From: a virus
Virus record (IMG/VR): IMGVR_UViG_3300023084_000003
Strand: one strand, 5' to 3'
DNA: 64,000 nt
The position numbers were made by a program, and so were the translations under genes. Positions 48,701 through 58,889 of this stretch are shown piece by piece (position 1 is the first letter of the stretch; the number at the start of each line of letters is the position of its first letter). Under the pieces are notes generated by a model. It ran no database searches. It was not told where the DNA came from and worked only from the letters and a program-made list of their open reading frames with translations.

Positions 48701-51700
48701 TGATCAAAGTATAGGCTTGCAACATCTCTCATAGCAACGTTTGAGCCATGACGGATATCCCAGCTTACCGCATCAACCATGTAACCGATATCGCGCTCAC
48801 ACTTATCTCTTTGCTCAGCTGAAAGAGCTGCCCAAAGTACTGGATAAGTTTGCTCAAAGTATGCTCTACCTTCTTTTTGCAAGAATGTTCTGTTAGCAAC
48901 CAAGCCATCAGTTGAGTTACCTTCGCTAACACCAATTCTAGATGTTCCGAAGTTGTATGTTAGACCTGATACACCATCTTTCATAATGTTGATGATGTTA
49001 TCAAATGCACCACGAGCTGTTGTAAGAGCTGTACCTGAAAGCTGTGCTTCGATGTCTTTTCTTACATACTTAATTGCTTCAATAGTTTCTGCAAGTTGGT
49101 CATTAATTACTGTGTCTGTTGAAGGATTACCAGCTCTGTAAGCACGACCTGCATACTTACTTGAGTAATCACTATTTGTTTCAACGTCTCTTCTTACAGC
49201 GTCGATAATGTATCCAACGTCTCTTGCACACTTATCTTCATCGTATGTAAAGTAAGTATCATTAATGTATCCAACAACCTCATCTTGGATGAAGCCTTTG
49301 TTCATCTGAAGTGCTTTACGAGCATATGTTCTTGATGGCTCGATAAGAGGTGCGATGTCTGTATTTGCAGATGGAAGATTTTTAAGTCTTGCTTCTGGTT
49401 TCTGAGTAATATCAAGAGATCCAGTATATTCTGGAATTACAAGACGATCATCTGTAATGTTTGAGATGATGTTAGCCAATCTCTTAGCTTCTACACCAGT
49501 TGCCGCGTCAGCAGGAAGACCCGAAGTATCTTGAGTTAGCGCATTACCTGTTGTAGGTGTAATTGCTGTCTCTGTAACAACATCTTCCATAAGATCAGCT
49601 ATATGCTCAAATGCCAGTCTTGTAGGCTCTCTTTGATATAGAGGCAGAACATTAATAGCGCCTTCAAAGTAGTATCTTGCTGCATTGATTGTTGCAGAAT
49701 CTCCACCGTATTCTAAATCTTCGGAAACCGCATCGACGATATAGCCAACATCACGTGGGCACTTATCTTCTTGATAAGCTAGACCATTATATGTTTCTCT
49801 AATATAGTCGATAATTTCAGTTTGATATTTAGCAGTTGCGCCAGCAATTTCTTCAAACATTACGTTTGTTGCTGCGTCATATCCTGTACCAGATAAAGTT
49901 GGTTCTTTAATAGTTGGTGTTGTTAGACCGGTATTGATTCCATCAGTACCATATCCTTCGCCGCCACTTACATAACCGTCTGTATCTTCGTAACCTTCAA
50001 TACCGAATGTTGTTTTGTAATCATCTTCTTCGATGATATCAGAAATTGTTCTGAATAGTTTCTCAACTTCTGTACCAACCGCAGGTGCGACAGATGGTCT
50101 GACACAGTCTGTTGCTGCACTAACAAATGTATGCGCTTCTGCATAACCTTGAGCAGTTCCAACATACATTGTAAGAATATCGCCATCAACCTTAGTAATT
50201 TCAATTGGTGTATTGAAATATGGGTCTGTTGCTCTTGGATGAGAAATCTGAGTTGCAGGAGAACCGCACTCGAATGTAATACCATTTTCTGCAATCACGA
50301 TGTAATCACCAACTGATTGACCGTGGCTTGGAATTGTCAGAGTCATAATTCCAGTTACAGGATTATATGCAGCAAATGTAGGTGTTAGAGTATTAGCAAA
50401 TGTTTGAGTTGTAGCATTTTGTTGTGTTGCCACAACTTCTTGTCTTACCAACCCACCAGCAATATCTGCAATGTAAGCATATGCTTCAGCAGTTACTGGT
50501 TTTTCTTGTTCTGCTAGTACACTTACAGCATTATCGAAGTAAACTCTTGCGTTATTTACTGTTGCAGCATTTGAGCCGTGTTGTACGTCCCATGATACCG
50601 CATCGATAAAGTATCCTAGATCTCTTTCACAATCTGCTACGTTGTAAGAAAGATCTGGATGCGTGTTTGCAATCCATGCTGTTACTTCATCTTGCAAGAA
50701 TGCTTTGTTAGATTGTAGAAGTCCTCTTGCATCTAAAGTATCTTGTGATACGTAAGATGTACCGAATGTTCTTGAGTTCGCATTACCTGCACCGTTATTC
50801 ATGATGTCGATAATTTCATCGAATGCAGCGTCAGCAGCTAGGCCAGCAGCACCTGAAGTAATTGTTGTATTGATTTTACCTTTTAGCCAAGTAATCGCAC
50901 CAACTGTTTCTGTAAGTTGATTGTTAACAACATTTTCTGCGCTTGCGTTACCAGTTCTATATGCCAAACCAGCAAATACTGCGTTAACATTAGAGCCTGT
51001 AGCCATGTCACGACGTACAGCATCAAGAATATATCCGGTATCACGAGCACATCTCTTGTCGTCGTATACGAAGTAGTTGTCTTTCAACCATGCATCGACT
51101 TCAGCTTGCAAGAATGCTTTATTAGCTTGAAGCTGCTTACGAGCAAGTGCACCATTTCTTGTAACTCTTTCAGGCAGCTTAACTACGGCGTCATAATCTG
51201 CTCTTACAAATGTATGAGTACCTGTATATCCACCTGCTGAGCCAGGATTAACTGTGATTGTATTTGCAGCAACTGCTGTAACTTCAAGTGGGAACTCGTA
51301 ATTTGGCTCGCCAATTCTTGGATGAGCAATCTCGATTGTTTCAGAAGTCGCAGTATTAACGCATGAAAGTACAACACTTGCCGGTTTAAATTCGATATGA
51401 TCGTTAGTTGTGAAATCATGAGATCCACCAAAGTCGATAATCATATCACCTGTTGTTGGGTTATAATCAACATCTATTGGTGTATGATAGCTTGCAACCT
51501 TAGCAGGGTCTGTCCAGTAGATGGCATTTGTATCTACTGAATCAACCTTAGCACTTACGAATGTATGTGCACCAGTATATCCGCCAGCATTACCCACGTT
51601 CATTGTAATTGCAGTATCAGTAACTGCTGAAATACGAACTGGTTTTCTAAATGCAGGTTCGCCATCTCTTGGGTGTGAAATTTCACCAATGTCACTTGTG

Positions 51701-54700
51701 GTTGTATTCGCACAAGAGAATCTGATGCTTTCATCTGCAAGCATTACATATTTACCAACCGGTAGGCTGTGCTGACCAATTTCTAGAGTCATATCACCAG
51801 TTAGAGGATCGTATGTACCTGTGCTTGGAGTAAACTTACCAGTATAAACTGATGAAGATGTAATTGCAAACGGTTCTGCTCTTACGAATGTATGAGCACC
51901 AGTATATCCACCGGCATCTCCAACATTAACTGTAATAGAGTCTGCAGTTACCGCGGAAATAGTTAGATCAGTATTAAATGCAGGATCTGAAGCTCTTGGA
52001 TGTGAGATTTCAACTGCTGGTGAACCACATGAGAATGTCATCGCACCTTCGTTGATCTTAATTTTTTCGCCAATTCTTAGATCATGCTCACCAATAGTAA
52101 CAGTCATAATACCTGTGTTTACATTATATGTAGCAGCAGTTGGAGTATATCCGTTGCCTCTTGCATATTCCATATGCTTAATAGCGTCTGCATCTGCGCT
52201 TACAAATGTATGCGCACCTAGATATCCGTCTGAGATTGCACCAGCATCAATAGCAATTGTATTTGCATCTGGTACATCAGTAATCTCAACCATATTGTTG
52301 AAAATTGGATCTGTAACTCTTGGGTGTGAGATTTGTACATTAGTATGAGTGTTGTTAGAACACTGATATGTGATTGCAGTTTCATCAATTACGATGTAAT
52401 CACCTTTACTTAGATTGTGTCCTACCATCTCAAATGTTGTTCTACCAGACGCTGGATCGTAAGTACTTCCTGTTGGAGTGTAGTTACGTTTTACTTCAGC
52501 ATAAGTTTTAACAGCATTTGCTTTCGCTCTTACAAATGTATGCGCACCGGTATAACCGTTTGCATCGCCAGCATTAACTGTAATAACATCGCCGGCAACA
52601 TTTGTAATTTGCATTGGTTTTCTAAATAGAGGATCAGTTGCTCTTGGATGAGAGATTTCAACCGCCGGAGTACCACATGAGAATGTGATAGACTCTTTTT
52701 CTACAATAATCATATCGCCAATTTCATAACTATGATTTGGCAATGTAAGAGTCATTACACCAGTTACCGGATCGTATGTCGCAGTTTCTGGTGTGAACTT
52801 TCTAGCACCGGTATTCATGATACCGATGATTTCGTTAAACGAATCTTTTGATTTTGCGATAGCGATAGAATCTGACATTGTATCAGAAACTTCATCTCTT
52901 AAGTGTGAGAACGCTCCAACTGTTTCAGTAAGCTGATCTGTAAGTAGAGTCTTACTTGTTCCACCACGATATGCAATACCAGCTTGGATAGCATTGAAGT
53001 TTGTACCTAACTGCATGTCTCTCATTGCTGCAGGAACAATATATTCTTTTGTATCTCTCTGACATTTTTCTGAATCGTAGAAGAACCACTCTTCATCAGC
53101 CCAGTTCATCATATAGTTTTGGATCCAAGTACGGTTATGTTGTAGCTTAGCTCTTGCATTACGTTTATCTGCAGAGATTGCAGTGTCGTCACTAAATGTG
53201 ATTGCTGAACCAAGAACTGCTACTGCGCTATCTTTTACAGATACAAGAGTATGTACACCGTTATATCCTGTAGATCCAACATTTACAGTAATTGTAGTTG
53301 CTGTTGTTGATGTAATCGGAAGTGCTGATTTAAACGCAGGGTCCGATTTTCTTGGGTGCTTGAGTTGTACTACATTACCATCTGTCGCACAAGTAAATGT
53401 GAATCCTTCTGGTTCTAGAAGAATATATCTTCCAACGTCAAGGCTGTGAGTACCTATAGTGATCTCAAAGTCACCTGTTGAAGGTGTATAAGTTACTGCA
53501 GTTGGCGTAAACTTGTCACCATCATTCTTGAGAATACCAATAATCTCATTAAATTTCTCATAAGCTTCTGCAGCAAATACCGCAGAATTAGCTTGAGTCA
53601 ACTCGTCTGTTGAAAAACGTAGTCTTTCATATGCAGCAATTGTTTCTTCTCTTTGTGCACCGATTACGTTCTTAGCAGCTTTAAAGTAATATGCATTACC
53701 TGCTGTCACAGAGTTATAGTTTGTGTCAAGCATTGTGTCATACTTAACTGCTGGCAAGATAAACTCACGAACGTCTCTCTTACACTTAGCAGAATCATAT
53801 GCATAGAATTCTTCGTTATTATCCAACCAATCGATAAATTCTTCGATGATGAATTCACGGTTATCTTGTACAACTTCACGAGCTGCAGTTGCAGGAGCAT
53901 TACCTGTATCGGTAAAGATAATGTTGTTTGCAAACTCTTCACCATTCTTAAGAATGTTAAGTGTTTCATCAATTGATGTTGAGACTCTATCATTTACTTC
54001 TGTGTTTGCATTTCTAAAGATGTGCTCGATAGAATCTTTTAGATGCTCAATAGAACCAACTGTTTCATCAAGTTGTTCATTTACAACAACATATGAAATT
54101 GGTGAGCGATAAGTAATACCGTTTAAACGACCCCAGTAGTTACCCTTGGTTGCAATGTCTAGTCCAGTGTTCTCTACGATGATTCCAGTATCACGGAAAC
54201 ACTTGTCTGCATTATACCCTTGGTAGCCAAGACCTACATCAGAATTCAATGCAGAGGCCGGATGTGTAGTGTTTGCAGTCAAGAAGTTAACCATGTCGTC
54301 AACGATTGCTTGTTTGTTCTCTGCAAGAGCGTCTGCAAAATCTGTATTAGAAAGTAACGCAATACCTTGACCTGCTGAATCTTTAGGTGCTTCTGCAGGT
54401 TTAACAATTGTTGTTTTACCGCTGGCTCTCATTGAGATGTCACCGAACTGAGAACCTGAGTTGTTCAATGTAACCTGACCACCATCAAGAGCGAAGAACG
54501 CCTGACGAGTAAAGATTGACAATGAACCAATACCGTTGATACCAGCACCGTTCTTAGCAACGTATCCTGTACCGTTTTGAGTACGAGGTGTAAAACCAAA
54601 ACAAAGTAGGTATGTGTAAAGTGAGTCAGGATCTAGAACTGCTCTGTCCATAAGCGCACAACCGCCACCACGACCAATTAGTCTGTTCGGGAAGTCGTCA

Positions 54701-56691
54701 ATACCAAGTCTTACGACTTCAGCTGTACCGCCTCTTTGTGCAGTCAGGATGTCGCCTGGTTCTACATTACCTTTAAGGTTGCGAACGTGAACTGTATTAG
54801 GTAGATCATCAATATATGAAATAAAGCCTGTGGCACCACTTGAGAATACAACCTCATCATCAATCTCAAAGTTTGCTTGACCCACAACATTAGTGATATA
54901 GAATTCTTGTCCAAGGTCGTAGATTGTACCTTTTGAGTTGAATGGATTAAGTGGAGGTTCAACATCCAAGCGGTTGAAGTTTGAAAGCTGAGAGGAGTCT
55001 CTGATATATGGAGATCTTCTCATTAGAGCACCAGGACGATAAACGATAGCGAAACCACCCTCAGGATGATCGAAGTTATCGACCTCGAAGTTCATATATG
55101 AGAAACCTTGAACGTAACAACCTGATCCAACCTGAATACCGTTTGTTCTTTCCCAACCTGGCTTCTTCTGAATAACTGTTGCATACTGACCAGCAGTTGA
55201 TGTCATTGAGCAATCATCAGGAAGAGAGATTGGTTCATCGACATAATAAGTGCCTGGTCCGACCGAGATGTGTACAGCGTTGTTAATATCGTTTCTATTA
55301 TACGAACCACCGGCTTTCTCTAATGCAAGTTCTTCAGCTCTTTTCAATGTTTGTACTGGTCTTAGAAGTGTACCATCATTGTCGTCGTCGCCGTCTGCTG
55401 AGACGTAAACCTTAAGAGCTTTTTCTGTTTTTCTTGAGAATTCGTCATAAAGTTGACGATAAGTCATTTGCTCTACATCGCCGGTCTTAACATTTTTAAG
55501 AGCGAAATAACTATCTTCGTCGATAGGAGCTTCAAACTTTTTGGTTAGATCCATGTCAAAATCGACAAGCTTAGAATCGTCGATTGTTGAGTTAGAGATC
55601 AATGAATCTTCAACATTACCGTCTGTAAATGTAGATTTATTTTGTTGTAACTCAGTTGCAGCAGAATTGTTTATAGTAATATTTTCTGCAACAGTATTTG
55701 TCATAGTACCTTGGAAAGCAGTGTTTGCAATCACTGAATTCTGTAATGTACTTTGGTCCATAGTTGTATTCGTAAATACGTTATTGTTACCAGTACCGTC
55801 TGAGAAATCTGAATTTACTATACTTGTGTTATTAGCAGTAGAATCATTTAGTTCTGAATTTGTAATAACAATATTGTTTGCAGTTGTATCAAAGATATTT
55901 GAATTACTAATTGCAGTATCGTAGATAGTACCGTTAGCAAAAATAGATCTAGTGATTACAACATTATCGAGATCGGTGTCACGAATATCTGAGTTAGAGA
56001 TAGCGACATCCCAGATCTGAGTATTACCATAGATCTCTGCATCAAAAATGTCACCGTTTGAGAAGTTCGTGGTGACGATAGTTGAGTTAGACATAAACGC
56101 GTCTTCAAGAATAATCTCGTCGATGGTAATGTTTGTAAGAATAAGACCGTTAGCTGTACCTTGATCGATAGTAACGTTATTATACTCTGAATCGTCAATA
56201 GTAGAATTTGTAAGAGTAACGTTGTTTCCTGTACCGTCATTAAACTGAGAACCAGTAATGACAGACTGAGACATTGTTATGTTGTTAGCAGACGAGTTTG
56301 TAATTCTACCAAGATCGATAGTGGTATAGGTAAACACGTTGTTATTACCAGTACCATCTGAGAAATCAGAGTTTGCTATTTCAAGATTGACACCAATAGA
56401 GCCTTCAAGACTTCCGCCAATAAATCGGGTTGTTTCGATTCGTCCATTTGTGAATGTTGAAGTGTTGATAGTAACACTTGTCAAAGTAGAATCTGACATA
56501 GATACGTTTCTAATAGTACCACCGGTGATGGTGATTCTATTAAAAATCTCGTACTGAATAGCTTGAACTAGTTCTTTACGGGTGATGTTCTTTGTGCCGT
56601 CATCACCTTGAATCAAGTTAACAATGACAAAGAGGTCTTCCGGTCTTGTATTGGCGCCGGTTATTGGACCTAATTCTGAAATCTTTGACAT
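45778..56691 (-). CDS. Giant virion structural protein (3637 aa): pentapeptide-like N-region, beta-helix entry motif, beta-barrel repeats and helical CxRD repeats
   Basis: VYVSADGDDDNDGTLLRPVQTLKRA beta-helix entry motif; 8 TPT..TY.P.TG...H.L repeats; 11-12 KCxRDxGY repeats; late promoter upstream. Confidence 0.8.
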   Translation of the reverse strand: MSKISELGPITGANTRPEDLFVIVNLIQGDDGTKNITRKELVQAIQYEIFNRITITGGTIRNVSMSDSTLTSVTINTSTFTNGRIETTRFIGGSLEGSIGVNLEIANSDFSDGTGNNNVFTYTTIDLGRITNSSANNITMSQSVITGSQFNDGTGNNVTLTNSTIDDSEYNNVTIDQGTANGLILTNITIDEIILEDAFMSNSTIVTTNFSNGDIFDAEIYGNTQIWDVAISNSDIRDTDLDNVVITRSIFANGTIYDTAISNSNIFDTTANNIVITNSELNDSTANNTSIVNSDFSDGTGNNNVFTNTTMDQSTLQNSVIANTAFQGTMTNTVAENITINNSAATELQQNKSTFTDGNVEDSLISNSTIDDSKLVDFDMDLTKKFEAPIDEDSYFALKNVKTGDVEQMTYRQLYDEFSRKTEKALKVYVSADGDDDNDGTLLRPVQTLKRAEELALEKAGGSYNRNDINNAVHISVGPGTYYVDEPISLPDDCSMTSTAGQYATVIQKKPGWERTNGIQVGSGCYVQGFSYMNFEVDNFDHPEGGFAIVYRPGALMRRSPYIRDSSQLSNFNRLDVEPPLNPFNSKGTIYDLGQEFYITNVVGQANFEIDDEVVFSSGATGFISYIDDLPNTVHVRNLKGNVEPGDILTAQRGGTAEVVRLGIDDFPNRLIGRGGGCALMDRAVLDPDSLYTYLLCFGFTPRTQNGTGYVAKNGAGINGIGSLSIFTRQAFFALDGGQVTLNNSGSQFGDISMRASGKTTIVKPAEAPKDSAGQGIALLSNTDFADALAENKQAIVDDMVNFLTANTTHPASALNSDVGLGYQGYNADKCFRDTGIIVENTGLDIATKGNYWGRLNGITYRSPISYVVVNEQLDETVGSIEHLKDSIEHIFRNANTEVNDRVSTSIDETLNILKNGEEFANNIIFTDTGNAPATAAREVVQDNREFIIEEFIDWLDNNEEFYAYDSAKCKRDVREFILPAVKYDTMLDTNYNSVTAGNAYYFKAAKNVIGAQREETIAAYERLRFSTDELTQANSAVFAAEAYEKFNEIIGILKNDGDKFTPTAVTYTPSTGDFEITIGTHSLDVGRYILLEPEGFTFTCATDGNVVQLKHPRKSDPAFKSALPITSTTATTITVNVGSTGYNGVHTLVSVKDSAVAVLGSAITFSDDTAISADKRNARAKLQHNRTWIQNYMMNWADEEWFFYDSEKCQRDTKEYIVPAAMRDMQLGTNFNAIQAGIAYRGGTSKTLLTDQLTETVGAFSHLRDEVSDTMSDSIAIAKSKDSFNEIIGIMNTGARKFTPETATYDPVTGVMTLTLPNHSYEIGDMIIVEKESITFSCGTPAVEISHPRATDPLFRKPMQITNVAGDVITVNAGDANGYTGAHTFVRAKANAVKTYAEVKRNYTPTGSTYDPASGRTTFEMVGHNLSKGDYIVIDETAITYQCSNNTHTNVQISHPRVTDPIFNNMVEITDVPDANTIAIDAGAISDGYLGAHTFVSADADAIKHMEYARGNGYTPTAATYNVNTGIMTVTIGEHDLRIGEKIKINEGAMTFSCGSPAVEISHPRASDPAFNTDLTISAVTADSITVNVGDAGGYTGAHTFVRAEPFAITSSSVYTGKFTPSTGTYDPLTGDMTLEIGQHSLPVGKYVMLADESIRFSCANTTTSDIGEISHPRDGEPAFRKPVRISAVTDTAITMNVGNAGGYTGAHTFVSAKVDSVDTNAIYWTDPAKVASYHTPIDVDYNPTTGDMIIDFGGSHDFTTNDHIEFKPASVVLSCVNTATSETIEIAHPRIGEPNYEFPLEVTAVAANTITVNPGSAGGYTGTHTFVRADYDAVVKLPERVTRNGALARKQLQANKAFLQAEVDAWLKDNYFVYDDKRCARDTGYILDAVRRDMATGSNVNAVFAGLAYRTGNASAENVVNNQLTETVGAITWLKGKINTTITSGAAGLAADAAFDEIIDIMNNGAGNANSRTFGTSYVSQDTLDARGLLQSNKAFLQDEVTAWIANTHPDLSYNVADCERDLGYFIDAVSWDVQHGSNAATVNNARVYFDNAVSVLAEQEKPVTAEAYAYIADIAGGLVRQEVVATQQNATTQTFANTLTPTFAAYNPVTGIMTLTIPSHGQSVGDYIVIAENGITFECGSPATQISHPRATDPYFNTPIEITKVDGDILTMYVGTAQGYAEAHTFVSAATDCVRPSVAPAVGTEVEKLFRTISDIIEEDDYKTTFGIEGYEDTDGYVSGGEGYGTDGINTGLTTPTIKEPTLSGTGYDAATNVMFEEIAGATAKYQTEIIDYIRETYNGLAYQEDKCPRDVGYIVDAVSEDLEYGGDSATINAARYYFEGAINVLPLYQREPTRLAFEHIADLMEDVVTETAITPTTGNALTQDTSGLPADAATGVEAKRLANIISNITDDRLVIPEYTGSLDITQKPEARLKNLPSANTDIAPLIEPSRTYARKALQMNKGFIQDEVVGYINDTYFTYDEDKCARDVGYIIDAVRRDVETNSDYSSKYAGRAYRAGNPSTDTVINDQLAETIEAIKYVRKDIEAQLSGTALTTARGAFDNIINIMKDGVSGLTYNFGTSRIGVSEGNSTDGLVANRTFLQKEGRAYFEQTYPVLWAALSAEQRDKCERDIGYMVDAVSWDIRHGSNVAMRDVASLYFDQGTSVLPADQKTETAAIFEHVATVAERILLKLPVTPTTGNTETVSTAFGNVLTQVAQDVEDLFNIVSNMITEDSLFGLPAAVFPDTGAVGATGYADASDVAKITARKTTLQNGVNSYLQSKFDYLEYDSEKCRRDTGYMVDAISHDIQYGGNSAMWNAAQIYFVNMTNLLPLEQREPTKKAFTHMAEVMRKVIRNEDVDLRIGKRFTPTNATYNPLTGVMEVTLGAHNLAVGDYIMFEKESITFECGSPAVQISHPRETDGSFAKPLRIDAKTATTITVQAGYAKGYAGAHTFVSATDNAVKVIRGQSFKQDKSSLAARREIAMEAKHLALMIADIADDNNPDNLPARIEPNMDWVPSIFKTEKDKVDNALEALTTSMVNHISTTYKGISYPKEKCRRDVGIMLDAISHDVQYETNYATRLAANMYFDNATSVLPFDQRQQTADFYEEMANYISKIITGDVAGEAGGPSAATAVEGEWAADMVRIVEEAIRRDGLDAVPELIEPNTAWVDDSKVSAGKMIDGKLGDLADDVTKFISDNFTIVDYSKAKCRRDSGYIIDAMSWDLNYGGNLASRWNADFYYWNNELRIPEDTRVATAQSYRQLGKIVSDVTVGKYPGQKLRPEMGSEAQQAQAKDLGMIFYNALFYNTPRALGRTIQPDFMWEDKKNKAFRFSRDILLNNKVALQKEVQRFITSTYKFIDLPKTYRDAGNLIDIIQNDLRFTDPSQNPPIEGSDKAMRSFAAALYDIDSKSVFPVFNPPSAFANWRDLRFKGAGTVTERDALTNPKRWDAFVVSATGGSNPDNNDYVGEIHYWNGTGWIASGHQNNVDLLVSFYKAWERMRDYINTNIAPNAAHRAMITELIDDVLISTVLRPNFLAFGSLVESIAHQFNGASAGVNRNALPLNFRNVGAAIGATASVLSEDGGRIRWSGSDELNNQYFARGLRINGRTGRIEGRPFTSSVRKLARRASNSRAVL

Positions 56692-56727
56692 TCGGTTATA
56701 CCCTTATAAGTCTGCTGTTTTTCTTTT

Positions 56728-56735
56728 TATTTATA
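56728..56735 (-). promoter_or_regulatory. T4-type late promoter TATAAATA
   Basis: Exact consensus overlapping the upstream stop codon, 37 nt before the ATG at 56691. Confidence 0.8.
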
Positions 56736-57378
56736 AAACAATACCGTATCGTTCACCCGGAATCGATACAATAAAATAGCCTTGATCTTTTTCTGTTTTG
56801 TGACAAAATTGATGAGATATATCAGTTCTATCTTTCACAACATTATAAAGAGCTTCAGGTCCTCCCCAAACTGTCCAATCATCAGTAATATGTTCATAGT
56901 CCGTTCCAGAAGATTTTAAATTATTTTCTGAATCAAAATAATCTATCTTCATGATTCTTTGTTTTAAATTCATATGATAATGTTTTTTACCTAATACATT
57001 ACCTTGCTTATCTAAATAATATCCAGTTCCCCAGTGCCATTCTTTACCTAAATTGTCTGTAGGTTTATTATGAGTTGTAGTCACGTAAAGTCTCAGATTA
57101 TCAGTAGTCAACGTACCTAAATCTATAGCAATCAAACCAGTTCGTGTTCCTTCAGGACCTGGCTCGTACAATCTTCTTGGTACTGAAAATCCATACTTTT
57201 CTAAAAAAGTATCAATGTCTTGTCTAATTTCTTCTGAGTTATTACGAATGTAAATTACAACCGAATGCACATCTTTGCGTCTAACAAATTCTAATGTAGT
57301 TAGGATGCTTATTGGAAATATATCTAATGCTTCATCTAGGATATCATAATAGCCTCTAAAAATATTTGAATCTACCAT
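56731..57378 (-). CDS. Hypothetical protein coupled to the adhesin gene
   Basis: 215 aa, TAATG overlap with the upstream gene, visibly AT-rich; no motif recognised. Confidence 0.6.
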   Translation of the reverse strand: MVDSNIFRGYYDILDEALDIFPISILTTLEFVRRKDVHSVVIYIRNNSEEIRQDIDTFLEKYGFSVPRRLYEPGPEGTRTGLIAIDLGTLTTDNLRLYVTTTHNKPTDNLGKEWHWGTGYYLDKQGNVLGKKHYHMNLKQRIMKIDYFDSENNLKSSGTDYEHITDDWTVWGGPEALYNVVKDRTDISHQFCHKTEKDQGYFIVSIPGERYGIVL

Positions 57379-58889
57379 TAGTTGCCCCCTGCCCCATTAG
57401 CCAAAACTAGTGTAATAGTTTGAGTTACATCTGTTGTAGGATAACCTATTCTTCTTATTTCAACAGAAATATCTGCAGATACATCTACTCCGTAATATGC
57501 AATACCTGCCGAGCCTGCGTTAGAAGGATCTGGATTTCCCCATGTTACTGCGACGTTAGTATCTAATGGAATCCATGTGTTCCAAAGAGGATTACTTATA
57601 ATGATCGAGCCCTGTGGCCCCGTAGAAAGAGTTGGAGTTTGCGGAGAGTTTACAGCAAGCGGAAGGTTCTGCACAACATTACTGTAATTTAATCTTACCT
57701 CATAGCGGTCGCCATTTCCTGTACCAATGTCGTCTTGTAACCAGTCTATTACATCACCTAACGCAGGAACATTACTTCCACCTACATTTGACAAATTTTC
57801 AATAATTTTATCAGTTGTGCCGTCTGATCTAAGTTGGAAACCAAAACGACAGAAAGGACCTGTAGTAGTCGTATTTGTTGCATTAAATCGCCACGTAGTA
57901 TTAATACTATTTGCTGGAACAGGCTGATCTGTTGGCACACTAAATTTTGTTACTGAACCATTCTTTTCTATACGGAAACCAAAATAATATGATTGATTTC
58001 TTTCAGTATTACCACCAGTTGCAGGTGGGGTAAAGATTTGAGTAGCAGCACCCGTATCAAGGTCAAATTTTAAGTAGCCTGGATTTCCGTAACCGCCGTC
58101 GTGGTTACCTACAGCGAATGCTGGAGTTCCGCCTTTACCGAGTTGTACGACATAATCAACCTCTACATCAACATCAACAGTACCGTTCCATCTTCCGCCA
58201 TAAAAACCACCTTCACCGGCTTTACCCCACTCATCTGAGCCACCTCTATTGATAAGACCGAAGAACTCGTAGTTATCTCCATTACCTTGGTCGCCGCCGC
58301 CACCGCCGCCACCTGCACCCCAGTGTCCCCAAGGTGCAGAGCCACCTGCAGTATTTCTAGCAGCTGCAGCCCCGCCTGCGCCGAATGGTGACGCTTCACC
58401 CGCTGTAGCATTCGCACTTGTAAACGCGTTGTTATTTCCTCCAAGACCAGATTGTGCTCCGGCTTTAGTATCAGTCTGGGCTACATCATCTCGTGTTACG
58501 TTAAACGCAGTGAGAAAATTCGCACGATCTATTTGTGATGGTACTACCCCGCCGTTTGCCGCTACTGCAGCATCAAAGGTTGACATAAGCATGATACCAC
58601 TAGGCCCACCAGATCCAGCTCGACTTACAATATCAGAATTGTTTTCAAAACCAGAACCACCTGCACCGCCTCCGCCGTATGCTTCAAACGCTAGATTAAT
58701 TATTCTTGTAGCGCCATAAAATTGGCTCATAGCAATAGGTTCGCCCTGCTGACCGATAGCAGAGTTTTGGTTTTTATTAGGTACTAAACCTCCTCCTCTA
58801 GCATATTCTGATAGAGAGTGCGGCTTAGTGCCGGTAAACTCGTTGGCGATGTCTTGAGTGTTAAGAGGGCCGGAAGTCTTGATAGCCAT
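57378..58889 (-). CDS. Gly-rich fibre-tip adhesin-like protein with C-terminal extension
   Basis: MAIKTSGPLNTQDIANEFTGTKPHSLSEYARG N-terminus resembling that of 2422..3429, polyglycine runs (GAGGGGGGGDQG), then an unrelated ~190-aa tail. Confidence 0.65.
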   Translation of the reverse strand: MAIKTSGPLNTQDIANEFTGTKPHSLSEYARGGGLVPNKNQNSAIGQQGEPIAMSQFYGATRIINLAFEAYGGGGAGGSGFENNSDIVSRAGSGGPSGIMLMSTFDAAVAANGGVVPSQIDRANFLTAFNVTRDDVAQTDTKAGAQSGLGGNNNAFTSANATAGEASPFGAGGAAAARNTAGGSAPWGHWGAGGGGGGGDQGNGDNYEFFGLINRGGSDEWGKAGEGGFYGGRWNGTVDVDVEVDYVVQLGKGGTPAFAVGNHDGGYGNPGYLKFDLDTGAATQIFTPPATGGNTERNQSYYFGFRIEKNGSVTKFSVPTDQPVPANSINTTWRFNATNTTTTGPFCRFGFQLRSDGTTDKIIENLSNVGGSNVPALGDVIDWLQDDIGTGNGDRYEVRLNYSNVVQNLPLAVNSPQTPTLSTGPQGSIIISNPLWNTWIPLDTNVAVTWGNPDPSNAGSAGIAYYGVDVSADISVEIRRIGYPTTDVTQTITLVLANGAGGN

